Below, one piece after another: positions 49,078-59,144 of a stretch of 64,000 nucleotides of DNA. Each line of letters opens with the position of its first letter. Positions within the stretch are counted from its first letter, which is position 1. Under the pieces are notes generated by a model. The model saw only the letters and a list, made by a program, of their open reading frames with translations. It was not told where the DNA came from and did no database searches. The stretch comes from an uncultured Eubacteriales bacterium (GTDB lineage Bacteria; Bacillota; Clostridia; Christensenellales; Aristaeellaceae): positions 378 through 64,377 of the forward strand of contig CACYTF010000008.1 of the NCBI GenBank assembly GCA_902777335.1, in the 5' to 3' direction. Made by a program: the position numbers and the translations under genes.

Positions 49078-50376
49078 ATGACGCCCGACAAGGTTGAGAA
49101 GATGAAAAAGGCGCTGATGCGCTCCAATACCCACCTGCTGCTGTCCGCGGTGACGCTGTTTCAGGCCGCGGCCATGCTGCTGATCGCCTTCCAGAAGGAG
49201 GCGGTGAACCCGCAGGCGCTGATCCTGGCCGCCGCGCTGCCGCTGGTGACCTGGCTGGTCACGGCGCTGATGGGGCGGGTGTGGCCGGTGGACCGGGCCA
49301 TACTGATACTGGTGATGCTGCTGTGCAGCGTGGGCCTGATCACCCTGTCGGACATTGCCCGCTCCGACGTCACCCCCCGCACCCAGGCGTACTACGCCCT
49401 GGCGGGCGTGGCGGCCATGTTCGCCGGCGCGGCCTTCATACGGCGCTGGCGGCAGTGGAAGAAGTACACGCCGCTTCTGATGGCGCTGTGCCTGATCGCG
49501 CTGCTGTCGCCGTACCTGCCCAAGGTGGGCATCTACAAGTACGGCGCGCGCAACTGGGTGGGCCTGCCCGGCGGCCCGTCGATACAGCCCAGCGAGTTCA
49601 TGAAGCCCGTCATGATACTGTGCCTGGCCAGCGGGTTTTCCAACCGGCCCCGCTTCGCCCGGTGCCTGCCCACCATCGGCTTCGCGGCGCTGTGCTGCGG
49701 CGTGCTGCTGTCGGAGAAGGACCTGGGCGCGGTGCTGCTGTACTTTCTGACCACGGTGCTGATGTACTACGCGGCCACCTCCAACGCCTTCATCACCCTG
49801 TCCGGCCTGGGCATGGGCGCGGCGGCGGCGGTGATCGCCTACCGGGCGCTGCCCTACGTGCAGGCCCGGGTGGCCATCTGGCAGAACCCCTGGATCGACC
49901 CCCAGGACAGCGGCTTCCAGCTGATCCAGTCGCTGATCGCCATCGGCTCCGGCGGGCTGTTCGGCATGGGGCTGGGCATGGGCATGCCCCGCGACATACC
50001 GCTGTACCACTCGGACTTCATATTCGCCTCCATCACCGAGGAGTTCGGCCTGATCTTCGCGGTGGGGCTACTGGCCGTGTACGTGATGATCATCATGCGC
50101 GGCCTGATCGTGGCCTTCAACGCCCGCACGTCGTTCCACTCGCTGGCCGCCTTCGGGCTGGTGATCATGCTGGGGCTGCAGACCATGCTGATCGTGGGCG
50201 GCAACACGAAGCTGCTGCCGCTGTCCGGCGTCACGCTGCCCCTGGTGTGCTACGGCGGCTCGTCGCTGGTGAGCACCTTCTTCTCGATGGGCCTGCTGCT
50301 GGGCATATCCTCGATGAACGCCGAGGACGAGGCGCGGGACATCGAGACGCTGGAGCTGCGGGAGGACGTCCCATGA
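49078..50376 (+). CDS. FtsW/RodA/SpoVE-family peptidoglycan glycosyltransferase
   Basis: Polytopic membrane protein. ...QPSEFMKPVMILCLA..., ...FQLIQSLIAIGSGGLFGMGLG..., ...HSDFIFASITEEFGLIF..., ...LPLSGVTLPLVCYGGSSL... are SEDS motifs. Start 49078 chosen after the FHA gene stop. Confidence 0.88.
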   Translation: MTPDKVEKMKKALMRSNTHLLLSAVTLFQAAAMLLIAFQKEAVNPQALILAAALPLVTWLVTALMGRVWPVDRAILILVMLLCSVGLITLSDIARSDVTPRTQAYYALAGVAAMFAGAAFIRRWRQWKKYTPLLMALCLIALLSPYLPKVGIYKYGARNWVGLPGGPSIQPSEFMKPVMILCLASGFSNRPRFARCLPTIGFAALCCGVLLSEKDLGAVLLYFLTTVLMYYAATSNAFITLSGLGMGAAAAVIAYRALPYVQARVAIWQNPWIDPQDSGFQLIQSLIAIGSGGLFGMGLGMGMPRDIPLYHSDFIFASITEEFGLIFAVGLLAVYVMIIMRGLIVAFNARTSFHSLAAFGLVIMLGLQTMLIVGGNTKLLPLSGVTLPLVCYGGSSLVSTFFSMGLLLGISSMNAEDEARDIETLELREDVP

Positions 50377-51779
50377 AGGAACTGCGAAGGAACATGCGCC
50401 TGGTGGGCACGCTGGTGGTGGTGCTGTTCGTGGGGCTGGCCGCATGGTTCGCCATGACGGTGTTCACCCAGGGCAGCATCTGGGCCTCCGACGTGCGCAA
50501 CAGCCGCCTGCGCGCCAGCAACAGCCTGCGGGGGGACATCACCGACCGGGACGGCAACCTGCTGGCCACCACCGCCGAGGACGGCACGCGGCAGTACCTG
50601 TCCAACGCCGCCGCCCGGCGCGCCCTGTCCCAGACCGTGGGCGACATCGCCGGCATGAGCGGCACCGGCATCGAGACGTTCTACTCCGCCACGCTGCTGG
50701 ACATATCGTCCTCGCTGACGGACCGGCTCAGCGAGCTGTTCAAGAGCGCCCGCCACGTTGGGAGCAGCGTGCAGATCACCGTGGACGGCCGGCTGCAGGC
50801 CTACATCGCCAGCGCCTTCCCCCAGGGCTACCGCGGCGCGGTGTGCGTGATGAACTACAAGACCGGCGAGATACTGGCCATGGTGTCGCTGCCCGAATAC
50901 GACCCCGACGACCTGGCCGCCCGCGCCTACGACCAGGTGGAGGACACCGCCTACCTGAACCGGTGCCTGCAGGGCCTGTACACCCCCGGCTCGATCTTCA
51001 AGATCGTGACGCTGGCCTCGGCCGTGTCCAACGACGCCGGCGTCGTGGACCAGACCTTCACCTGCTCCGGCGAGTGGAACTACGACGGCGGCCACATCGT
51101 GTGCGCCGGCGGCGCAGCCCACGGGGCGCTGGACCTGAAGGCCGCCTTCAAGCGCAGCTGCAACGTCACCTTCGGCAAGCTGGCCTACCAGCTGGGGCTG
51201 GACCGCCTGCGGGCCACCGCCGAGCGCTTCGGCTTCAACGAGAACTTCAAGTTCGGCGACTTCGTGGTCTACAACTCCGCCTTCCCGAAGGAGGTGGACA
51301 GCATGAACGGCCTGGTCTGGGCCGGCATCGGCCAGGGCGAGGTGCTGGTGACCCCGCTGCACATGGCCATGATCGCCGGCAGCGTGGCCAACGGCGGCAC
51401 GATGATGAAGCCCTGGCTGATCAAGCGCGTCGCCAACTCCCAGGGCGTCACCGTGACCCGCGGCGCGGCGGAGCCCTACCGGCAGGTGCTCAGCCCCTCC
51501 GCGGCCAGCCTGATCGCCGGGTACATGTACGAGACCGTGAAGAGCGGCACCGCCACCCGCGCCGCCATCGACGGCTACAGCGTGTGCGGCAAGACCGGCT
51601 CCGCCGAGGTGTCGGACGACAAGACCGTGGAGACCAACGCCTGGTTCACCGGCTTCGTCTACGACGAGGAACACCCCTACGCCATCGCGGTGGTCATCGA
51701 GGGCGGCGGCGCCGGCGCGCGCATGCCCAGCGAGCTGGCCGCGAAGGCGCTGGGGAAGGCGATTGAATATGTGGGATAA
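50373..51779 (+). CDS. Class B penicillin-binding protein (PBP2/PbpA-type transpeptidase)
   Basis: MKELRRNMRLVGTLVVVLFVGLAAWFAM (TM anchor). SxxK PGSIFKIVT, SxN-like SCN, KTG CGKTGSAE. ATGA overlap with the SEDS gene. Confidence 0.88.
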   Translation: MKELRRNMRLVGTLVVVLFVGLAAWFAMTVFTQGSIWASDVRNSRLRASNSLRGDITDRDGNLLATTAEDGTRQYLSNAAARRALSQTVGDIAGMSGTGIETFYSATLLDISSSLTDRLSELFKSARHVGSSVQITVDGRLQAYIASAFPQGYRGAVCVMNYKTGEILAMVSLPEYDPDDLAARAYDQVEDTAYLNRCLQGLYTPGSIFKIVTLASAVSNDAGVVDQTFTCSGEWNYDGGHIVCAGGAAHGALDLKAAFKRSCNVTFGKLAYQLGLDRLRATAERFGFNENFKFGDFVVYNSAFPKEVDSMNGLVWAGIGQGEVLVTPLHMAMIAGSVANGGTMMKPWLIKRVANSQGVTVTRGAAEPYRQVLSPSAASLIAGYMYETVKSGTATRAAIDGYSVCGKTGSAEVSDDKTVETNAWFTGFVYDEEHPYAIAVVIEGGGAGARMPSELAAKALGKAIEYVG

Positions 51780-51781
51780 TA

Positions 51782-52531
51782 ATGGAAAGGAATGACACGA
51801 TGCTTGAACTGAAGGATGTCACCAAGAAGTACCTGCGGCGCACGGCGCTGGACGGCGTTTCCCTGCAGATCGAGGCGGGCAAGACCTGCCTGCTGCTGGG
51901 GCCGAACGGCAGCGGCAAGACCACGATGATGAAGCTGATCGCCGGGCTGGCCCGGCCCACGTCCGGTGAGATCACGCTGGGCGGCACGCCCATCGGGAAG
52001 CAGACGAAGGCCCGGGTGGCCTACATGCCCACCGAGAACTACTTCTACAATTACATGACCGTGCGGGACATCGGGAAATACTATGCCGATTTCTTCGACG
52101 ATTTCGACCCGGCCCGCTACGCGCGGATGCTCGCCGACATGGAGCTGGAGCCCCAGGACAACATCCGCCAGCTGTCCAGCGGCATGGCGGCCAAGCTGCG
52201 GCTGTCGCTGACCCTCAGCCGCGACGCCCAGCTGATGATGTTCGACGAGCCGCTGAACGGCGTGGACATACTCACCCGCACCCAGACCATCGACGCCATA
52301 CTCGCCGGACGGCGGGCGGGCCGCACGATGCTGATCTCCACCCACCTGGTGGACGAGCTGGAGGACGTGGTGGACACCACCGTGTTCCTGAAGAAGGGCA
52401 AGCTGGTGATGGCCGGCGAGAAGAAGCAGATCTGCGCCGGGCGCACGCTGAAGGACCTGTACATCGAGGTCTACGGCCACGCCTCGGCGGACCCGGAGCA
52501 CACGCGGCAGGAGGTGGACGAAAATGCTTAA
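51782..52531 (+). CDS. ABC transporter ATP-binding protein
   Basis: Walker A GPNGSGKTT, signature LSSGMAAKL, Walker B LMMFDEP. Alternative start ATG 51800 (MLELKDV) has the better RBS. Confidence 0.88.
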   Translation: MERNDTMLELKDVTKKYLRRTALDGVSLQIEAGKTCLLLGPNGSGKTTMMKLIAGLARPTSGEITLGGTPIGKQTKARVAYMPTENYFYNYMTVRDIGKYYADFFDDFDPARYARMLADMELEPQDNIRQLSSGMAAKLRLSLTLSRDAQLMMFDEPLNGVDILTRTQTIDAILAGRRAGRTMLISTHLVDELEDVVDTTVFLKKGKLVMAGEKKQICAGRTLKDLYIEVYGHASADPEHTRQEVDENA

Positions 52532-53306
52532 GCTGATGAAATACGAGTTCCGGAAGCTGCGCAACACGCTGTTGATCATGCTGGCGGCCCTGGCGGCGCT
52601 GGAGATCGGCTTTCTGGTCGGCGAGGCCATGCAGAAGACCGGGCTGATGACCGTGTCGCTGGTGCTGATCTCGGTGCTGGTGTTCCTGGTGTACGCCTTC
52701 ATCATACTGGCGGGCATGGCCAGCTATTCCCGGGAGCTGAAGGAGAAGTCCGGCTATCTGGTGTTCATGGTGCCGGTGCGCCCCATCGGGGTGGTGCTTT
52801 CGAAGCTGGTGTTCACCGCGCTGACCGCCCTGGCCGCCACCGCCGTGTTCGGCGCGGTCGCCTACTTCGACTTCCGCTACCTGATCGGCAAGATGGACAT
52901 CGACCCCGACGTGATGAACCAGATCAACCTGCTGCTGCGCTTCGGCCTGAAGGCCAACGCGGACATGATGCAGATCCTGCGCATGGCGGGCTTCTACGCG
53001 CTGACCATGCTCATCGAGATCCTGCTGACCATGTGCACCGCCTACCTGGCGATCACGCTGTCCGCCACGATACTGCAGAACAAGAAGGGCTTCCTGCGGG
53101 CCATGATCAGCCTGGTGCTGTTCGTCGCGCTCACCTGGGGTGCCAACTGGCTGGCCCAGCGGCTGATCTACGACCGCGTGGCCCTGAACACGCCCTTTGA
53201 GGAGATGACCGGCACCATCGCCTGGTCGCTGCTGTTCAACCTGGCGCTCAGCGCCCTGTTCGTCGGCGCCAGCGCGTGGCTGCTGGACCATCGCGTGAAC
53301 CTGTAG
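52524..53306 (+). CDS. ABC-2-type hypothetical membrane permease
   Basis: 260 aa, about 6 hydrophobic segments. Start overlaps the ATPase stop. Confidence 0.65.
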   Translation: MLKLMKYEFRKLRNTLLIMLAALAALEIGFLVGEAMQKTGLMTVSLVLISVLVFLVYAFIILAGMASYSRELKEKSGYLVFMVPVRPIGVVLSKLVFTALTALAATAVFGAVAYFDFRYLIGKMDIDPDVMNQINLLLRFGLKANADMMQILRMAGFYALTMLIEILLTMCTAYLAITLSATILQNKKGFLRAMISLVLFVALTWGANWLAQRLIYDRVALNTPFEEMTGTIAWSLLFNLALSALFVGASAWLLDHRVNL

Positions 53307-53331
53307 GGCTCAGAGATCAGGAGGAAGTCCC

Positions 53332-55242
53332 ATGACCGAGCTTACGCGCAAGCCCTGGAACGGCGCGCGCATGTCGCCGGAGCTGGAATTCAAGATCGCG
53401 AACCTGCCGGACTCGCCGGGCTGCTACCTGATGAAGTCCGGCGGCGAGATCATCTACGTGGGCAAGGCCGTGAACCTGAAGAACCGGGTCAGCCAGTACT
53501 TCCACTACAGCGCCCAGCACACCCCCAAGGTGCGGGCCATGGTGGAGAAGATCGACGACTTCGACATCATGCTGGTGGACGGCGAGCTGGAGGCCTTCGC
53601 GCTGGAGTGCAACCTGATCAAGCTGCACATGCCCCGCTACAACATCAAGCTGAAGGACGACAAGGCCTACCCGTATATCCGCATCGACCTGAACGAGCGC
53701 TTCCCCCGGGTGGAGCTGGCCCGGCGGCAGGAGAAGGACGGCGCGAAGTACTTCGGCCCCTACCAGGGCGCCACCGTGGTGCGCGAGGTGCTGGACGTGG
53801 CGCGGCTGGTGTTCCCGATCCGCGTGTGCGCCAAAAAGCTGAACCCCGACAAGAAGCTGCGCCCCTGCGTGCACCACCAGGTGGGCCAGTGCCCCGCGCC
53901 CTGCGCCGGGCTGATCGACGAGGCCGACTACCGAAAGACCATCGACGGCGTCATCGACTTTTTAAACGGCAAATACGCCCCTGTGCTGGACGCGCTGAAG
54001 GCGAAGATGGCCGCCGCGGCCTCCGAGATGAACTACGAGCGCGCGGCGCTGTACCGCGACCGCATCCGCGCCGTGGAGGCGGTCATGCAGAAGCAGAAGG
54101 CCATCTCCACCGCCCAGGCCGATCAGGACATCATCGCCGCGCTGCCCCACGACGAGGACGCGCTGGTGCAGCTGATGTTCGTGCGCTCGGGCCGCATGAT
54201 CGGCTCGGAGCGCTTCACGCTGGAGGGCGCGGCGGACGAGCCGCTGGGCGAGATACTGACCCAGTTCATGCTGCAGTACTACGGGCCGGAGAACACGCCG
54301 CCCCGGGAGATACTGCTGTCCGCCACGCCGCCGGAGCACGACGTGATCGAGCAGCTGCTCACCGAGCAGCACGGCGCGCGCACCTACATCCTGACCCCCC
54401 GGCGGGGCGAAAAGCTGAAGCTGGTGAACATGGCCGTCAAGAACCTGAAGGACGAGGCCAAAAAGCTGGACCGAAAGAACGCCAACAGCTATGCCCGCAC
54501 CACCGGCGCGCTGGAGGCGCTGCAGCAGGCCCTGAACCTGCCCGCGCTGCCCCGGCGCATCGAGGGCTACGACATCTCCAACACCCAGGGCGCCCAGAGC
54601 GTGGCCAGCGAGGTGGTGATGGTGGACGGCGTCAGCGCCAACCGGGAGTACCGCCACTACCGCATCAAGACCGTGGAGGGGGCCAACGACTTCGCCAGCA
54701 TGTACGAGGTCATCACCCGCCGCCTGTCCCACGGCCTGGACGAGCTGGCCGAGCGCAAGACCCAGGGCCTGGACCCTCAGGGCGGCAAGTTCAGCTGGCT
54801 GCCGGACCTGATCCTGGTGGACGGCGGTCGGGGCCAGCTGGCCGCCGCGCGGGAGGCCATGCTTGCCCAGGGGCTGAACATCCCGATGGTGGGCCTGGCC
54901 AAGCGCATCGAGGAGATCGTGCTGCCCGGCCAGGAGGAGAGCGTGCTGCTGGACCGCCACTCCCCCGCCCTGCACGTGCTGCAAAGGGTCAGAGACGAGA
55001 GCCACCGCTTCGCCATCATCCACCACCGCGCCCTGCGGGGAAGGGCATCCATCGCCTCCAGGCTCGACGGCATCCCCGGCGTCGGCGAAAAGCGCAAGCG
55101 GGAGATCCTCAGGCACTTCAAGACCGTCGAGGCCCTGAAGGCCGCGTCGGAGGATGAGATCAAAAAGGTCCCCGGCCTGCCGGAAAACGTGGCCGGGGCG
55201 GTGTACAGGTTTCTCAGGAGCGAGATGGAAGAGCGTAATTAG
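53332..55242 (+). CDS. uvrC: Excinuclease ABC subunit C
   Basis: GIY-YIG PGCYLMKSGGEIIYVGKAVNLKNRVSQYF. UvrB-interaction, endonuclease and (HhH)2 C-terminus IPGVGEKRKREILRHFKTVEALKAAS. Confidence 0.95.
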   Translation: MTELTRKPWNGARMSPELEFKIANLPDSPGCYLMKSGGEIIYVGKAVNLKNRVSQYFHYSAQHTPKVRAMVEKIDDFDIMLVDGELEAFALECNLIKLHMPRYNIKLKDDKAYPYIRIDLNERFPRVELARRQEKDGAKYFGPYQGATVVREVLDVARLVFPIRVCAKKLNPDKKLRPCVHHQVGQCPAPCAGLIDEADYRKTIDGVIDFLNGKYAPVLDALKAKMAAAASEMNYERAALYRDRIRAVEAVMQKQKAISTAQADQDIIAALPHDEDALVQLMFVRSGRMIGSERFTLEGAADEPLGEILTQFMLQYYGPENTPPREILLSATPPEHDVIEQLLTEQHGARTYILTPRRGEKLKLVNMAVKNLKDEAKKLDRKNANSYARTTGALEALQQALNLPALPRRIEGYDISNTQGAQSVASEVVMVDGVSANREYRHYRIKTVEGANDFASMYEVITRRLSHGLDELAERKTQGLDPQGGKFSWLPDLILVDGGRGQLAAAREAMLAQGLNIPMVGLAKRIEEIVLPGQEESVLLDRHSPALHVLQRVRDESHRFAIIHHRALRGRASIASRLDGIPGVGEKRKREILRHFKTVEALKAASEDEIKKVPGLPENVAGAVYRFLRSEMEERN

Positions 55243-55265
55243 GGGTTGGTGGTTGGTGGTTGGTG

Positions 55266-55678
55266 GCTGCCGCGCGGTGGGCGCGCATGTGCGCTAACTT
55301 CGAATTCCGTGCTATCCCCCTTGCCTCGCCCCCCGTGAGGGGAAGAGGTGCCCGCAGGGCGGAGAGGGGGCTCCCCTGCCTACCGCGCAAGACGAACCAG
55401 AAGACCCCTCTCAGGCGCTTCGCGCCAGCTCTCCCCGTCACCGGGGCGAGCCAAGGCTACCGCGCGGTACGCTGACCTCAAACTCCGCACTATCCCGTTA
55501 CCGGGGCGAGCCAAGGCTGCCGCGCGGTGCGCTGACCTCAAACTCCGCACTATCCCGTCACCGGGGCGAGCCAAGGCTACCGCGCGGTGCGCTGACCTCG
55601 AACCTTGCGCTTATCCGCCTTGCCTCGCCCCCGTGAGGGGGAGAGGTGCCCGCAGGGCGGAGAGGGGTCCTCTCCCCC
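55266..55678. repeat. Family C tandem array, reverse-complement orientation relative to 8866-9436
   Basis: CCCCCTTGCCTCGCCCCCCGTGAGGGGAAGAGGTGCCCGCAGGGCGGAGAGGGGG (X, rc), present twice. Three units of CACCGGGGCGAGCCAAGGCTRCCGCGCGGTRCGCTGACCTCAAACTCCGCACTATCCCGT. Confidence 0.85.
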
Positions 55679-55696
55679 TAAGAAAGGAGCGTCGCC

Positions 55697-56071
55697 ATGC
55701 CGATGCCGTCTAAGGAAACCATGCTGCGCAACGCGCGTGCTCTACGGAAAAACATGACGCCCTGGGAGCGAAAGCTGTGGTATTTGTTTTTGCGGAACTA
55801 CCCGGTCAAGATCTACAAGCAGCAGGTCATCGGCCCCTACATCGTGGATTTCTGCTGTCCGCGGGCGAAGCTGATCATCGAGCTGGACGGGTCGCAGCAC
55901 TTCATGCCCGATCATCGGGCGGCGGACGCCGAACGCAGCGCCAATCTCGAGGCCCACAGCTACGCGATACTGCGCATCCCGAACATCGACATCGACCGCC
56001 GCTTCCAGGCGGTCTGCGAGACCATCGACCGTGAGATCCGCGGGCGCACACAGGCACTGTCCCAACCTTGA
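55697..56071 (+). CDS. DUF559 (Vsr-like endonuclease fold) domain protein
   Basis: ...ARALRKNMTPWERKLWYLFLRN...YKQQVIGPYIVDFCCPRAKLIIELDGSQH...RSANLEAHSYAILRIPN matches the DUF559 pattern. AAAGGAG RBS. Confidence 0.8.
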   Translation: MPMPSKETMLRNARALRKNMTPWERKLWYLFLRNYPVKIYKQQVIGPYIVDFCCPRAKLIIELDGSQHFMPDHRAADAERSANLEAHSYAILRIPNIDIDRRFQAVCETIDREIRGRTQALSQP

Positions 56072-56139
56072 GGAGAAGGACGCGCCAAGGCACCCGATCA
56101 AGCTGATCTTAAAATATGAACATACAGGAGGTCACACAC

Positions 56140-57567
56140 ATGGACTACGCCAAACTGGACAGGCTCGTCGATTCCTACAGGGACGAGCTGATCGAGAACA
56201 TCCGCAAGTGGATCGCCATTCCCTCGGTGCAGGGCGCGCCGGCGGGCGAGAACGCGCCGTTCGGCAAAGAGGTGCGCCGGATGCTGGACACGGCCCTGGA
56301 GGACGGGGCGCGCTTCGGCTTTCAGGTGCGGGACATCGACGGGTACGCCGGCGACATCAGCTACGGCGAGGGCGATCAGACCATGGGCATGCTGGCCCAC
56401 CTGGACGTGGTGCCCATCGGCGACGGCTGGAAGCACGACCCGCTGGGCGGCGAGATCGAGAACGGCCGGATGTACGGCCGCGGCACCACCGACGACAAGG
56501 GCCCGGCGCTGTGCGCGCTGTACGCCATGCGCGCGGTGAAGGAGGCCGGCATACCGCTGAAGCACGGCGTGCGGCTGATTCTGGGCTGCGACGAGGAGAC
56601 GGGCATGTCCGACATGCGCTACTACGCCTCGAAGCTGAAGATGCCCGACTACGGCTTCTCCCCGGACGCCGAGTTCCCGGTGATCAACATCGAGAAGGGC
56701 GGCGTGAACCTGCGGCTGTCGAAGGTCACCGGCGGCGAGGATGGCGCGGACATACCGGTGTACCGCCTGTACGCGGGCGAGCGGCCCAACGTGGTGCCCG
56801 CCGAGGCCACGGCCCTGGTAGGGCTGAACGGCCTGACCCTTGATGCGCTGAACGAAAAGCTGGCCGCCATCGCGGCGGGCCACGACCGGTTCAACCTGAA
56901 GGCCGACGACGCCGGCGAGGGCCGGGCGAAGATCACGGCCACCGGCGTGAACGCCCACGCGGCCATGCCCGAGGGCGGCGTGAACGCGGCGGGCATGCTG
57001 CTGATCGCGCTGAAGGAACTGGGCGCGGGCGGCGGCAGCCGCGAGGCCATCGCCATGACGGCGGACGCCGTGGGCATGGAGTACACCGGCCGGTCGCTGG
57101 GCATCGCCTGCGCGGACGAGCTGTCCGGCGCGCTGACCTGCAACCTGGGCATACTTCGCTACGACGGCAACGAGTTCTCTGCGCTCTTGGACATCCGCTA
57201 CCCGATCTGCGGCGACGAGGAGCGCATGCTGGGCCAGGCGGCCAAGCGCGTGGCCCCGGCGGGCATGTCGGTGTGCTGCGCCTCAAGCCACACCCCGCTG
57301 CACGTGCCCGCCGAGAGCCGCATCGTGCAGGGGCTTTTGAAGGTGTACCACGAGGTCACCGGCCTGGACGCCTACACCATCGCCATCGGCGGCGGCACCT
57401 ATTCCCGCATGATGCCCAACACCGTGGCCTTCGGCGTGTGCTTCCCCGGCGACATGGACGTGTGCCACATCGCCGACGAGTACATCGACGTCAACAAGAT
57501 GATGCTGGGCGTGAAGATCTTCGCCCACGCCATCGCCGAACTCGCCGGAGGCAGCGAAGAACCCTGA
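56140..57567 (+). CDS. pepV: M20-family dipeptidase (PepV/Sapep type)
   Basis: Start MDYAKLDRLVDSYRDELIENIRKWIAIPSV (AGGAGG RBS). ...MLAHLDVVP..., GRGTTDDKGP, ...LGCDEETG... are M20 metal ligand motifs. Confidence 0.85.
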   Translation: MDYAKLDRLVDSYRDELIENIRKWIAIPSVQGAPAGENAPFGKEVRRMLDTALEDGARFGFQVRDIDGYAGDISYGEGDQTMGMLAHLDVVPIGDGWKHDPLGGEIENGRMYGRGTTDDKGPALCALYAMRAVKEAGIPLKHGVRLILGCDEETGMSDMRYYASKLKMPDYGFSPDAEFPVINIEKGGVNLRLSKVTGGEDGADIPVYRLYAGERPNVVPAEATALVGLNGLTLDALNEKLAAIAAGHDRFNLKADDAGEGRAKITATGVNAHAAMPEGGVNAAGMLLIALKELGAGGGSREAIAMTADAVGMEYTGRSLGIACADELSGALTCNLGILRYDGNEFSALLDIRYPICGDEERMLGQAAKRVAPAGMSVCCASSHTPLHVPAESRIVQGLLKVYHEVTGLDAYTIAIGGGTYSRMMPNTVAFGVCFPGDMDVCHIADEYIDVNKMMLGVKIFAHAIAELAGGSEEP

Positions 57568-57699
57568 CCCCTGTTCCCTGTTCCCTGCTCCCTGTTCCCT
57601 GTTCCCTGTTCCCTGCTCCCTGTTCCCTGTTCCCTGTTCCCTGTTCCCTGTTCCCTGTTCCCTGTTCCCTGTTCTCTGTTCCCCTACTCCCTACTCCCT
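57568..57699. repeat. Longest heptanucleotide array: about 16 x CCCTGTT (two CCCTGCT variants) plus 2-3 x CCCTACT
   Basis: Read directly. Starts 1 nt after the pepV stop and ends 20 nt before the cmk ATG. Confidence 0.9.
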
Positions 57700-57718
57700 A
57701 AAAGAAAGGAACATCACC

Positions 57719-58396
57719 ATGTCACACAAACCCTTCTCCATCGCCATCGACGGGCCGGCGGGCGCGGGCAAATCCACGATCGCCAAGGCCCTGGCCAAGG
57801 AACTGAACGCCATGTACCTGGACACCGGGGCCATGTACCGCGCCTTCGGGCTGTACATGCTGCGAAAGGGGCTGTCGAAGGACGCCGCCGCGGTGGCAGC
57901 CAGCGTGAACGACGTGGACATCACCGTGGAGTACATCGACGGCGTGCAGCACATCTTCCTGTCGGGCGAGGACGTGAGCGCCGCCATCCGCGAGCCGGAG
58001 GTCTCCATGGCCGCCAGCGACGTGTCCGCCGTGCCCGAGGTGCGGGTGCGCATGGTGGCGCTGCAGCAGAAGATCGCCGAGGGCCACGACGTGATCATGG
58101 ACGGCCGGGACATCGGCACCAAGGTGCTGCCGAACGCCACGCTGAAGATCTTTTTGACCGCCTCCGCCGAGGAGCGGGCCAGGCGCCGCTGCCTGGAGCT
58201 TCAGGAAAAGGGCATGCCCGAGCCCTACGAGAAGGTGCTGAAGGAGATGCTCGAGCGCGACTGGCAGGACACCCACCGCGCCGCGTCGCCGCTGGTGGCC
58301 GCGGAGGACGCCGTGCGCGTGGACACCTCTGACCTGACGCTGGATCAGAGCGTGGCCGAGATGAAGCGCCTGGCCCTGAAGGCCATAGGAGGCTAA
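57719..58396 (+). CDS. cmk: Cytidylate kinase
   Basis: FSIAIDGPAGAGKSTIAKALAKELNAMYLDTGAMYRA...GRDIGT. Confidence 0.93.
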   Translation: MSHKPFSIAIDGPAGAGKSTIAKALAKELNAMYLDTGAMYRAFGLYMLRKGLSKDAAAVAASVNDVDITVEYIDGVQHIFLSGEDVSAAIREPEVSMAASDVSAVPEVRVRMVALQQKIAEGHDVIMDGRDIGTKVLPNATLKIFLTASAEERARRRCLELQEKGMPEPYEKVLKEMLERDWQDTHRAASPLVAAEDAVRVDTSDLTLDQSVAEMKRLALKAIGG

Positions 58397-58397
58397 C

Positions 58398-58985
58398 GTG
58401 AACAAGCGATTTTACCGATTTATGTGCGCCCTGCTGGGCGCGTGGTACGCGCTGTTCTTCCCCACCCGGGTGGAGGGCGTTGAAAACATCCCCGCCGGGG
58501 GCGGCTTCGTGCTGTGCAGCAACCACTGCAGCAACCGGGACCCGTTCATGCTGGCCATACCGGTCAAAAACCGCTTCCTCCACTTCATGGCCAAGATCGA
58601 GCTGTTCAAGTGGAAGCCCGTTGCGGCGTTCATCCGCGCGCTGGGCGGGTTCCCGGTGGACCGGGGCCACAGCGACCTGAACGCCGTGCGCACGGCGCTG
58701 CAGCTGGTGGGCCAGGGCCACGGGCTGGCCATATTCCCCCAGGGCACCCGAGTGCGGGACAATTCGCGCACCCCGATGCTGGAGGGCGTGTCGATGATCG
58801 CCCTGCGCGCGAACGCCCCGGTGATCCCCGCCTACATCGGCGGGCCCTACCGGCTGTTTCACAGAACGCAGATCAGCTTTGGCAAGCCCGTGGACCTGTC
58901 CGACTTCGGCCGGCGGGTGAACAGCGAGACCCTCGCCGCGGCCACCCGCCGCATCGAGGACGCGGTGTGGGCGCTGAAGCAGTGA
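58398..58985 (+). CDS. plsC: 1-acyl-sn-glycerol-3-phosphate acyltransferase
   Basis: GTG start with AGGAGG RBS. Acyltransferase blocks CSNHCSNRDP (HX4D) and FPQGTR. Confidence 0.85.
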   Translation: MNKRFYRFMCALLGAWYALFFPTRVEGVENIPAGGGFVLCSNHCSNRDPFMLAIPVKNRFLHFMAKIELFKWKPVAAFIRALGGFPVDRGHSDLNAVRTALQLVGQGHGLAIFPQGTRVRDNSRTPMLEGVSMIALRANAPVIPAYIGGPYRLFHRTQISFGKPVDLSDFGRRVNSETLAAATRRIEDAVWALKQ

Positions 58986-59144
58986 GTGATCGTAAAAATT
59001 ACGTAAACTATCGAATCATTGCAGGAATAATACAGGACTCAATCGAAATTAAACGGATAGCATAAATAGTATAGTTATGCATGTATACGACGAGTATACA
59101 TATCGGTTTGATCGAAAAAGCGGAGGCGGTTTCCCATCGCGGGC

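Noticed and set aside
48435-51779. FHA protein + SEDS glycosyltransferase + class B PBP as a new system.
   Set aside because: This is a conserved cell-wall elongation/division cluster also known from other Gram-positive lineages. Nothing is unusual in the sequences.
51782-53306. ABC ATPase + ABC-2 membrane protein as a bacteriocin/lantibiotic immunity module.
   Set aside because: No precursor peptide, modification enzyme or two-component regulator is nearby. The substrate cannot be inferred.
55697-56071. DUF559 endonuclease-fold gene as part of a restriction/defence island.
   Set aside because: It stands alone between uvrC and pepV. There is no methyltransferase, ATPase or other defence-type partner nearby.
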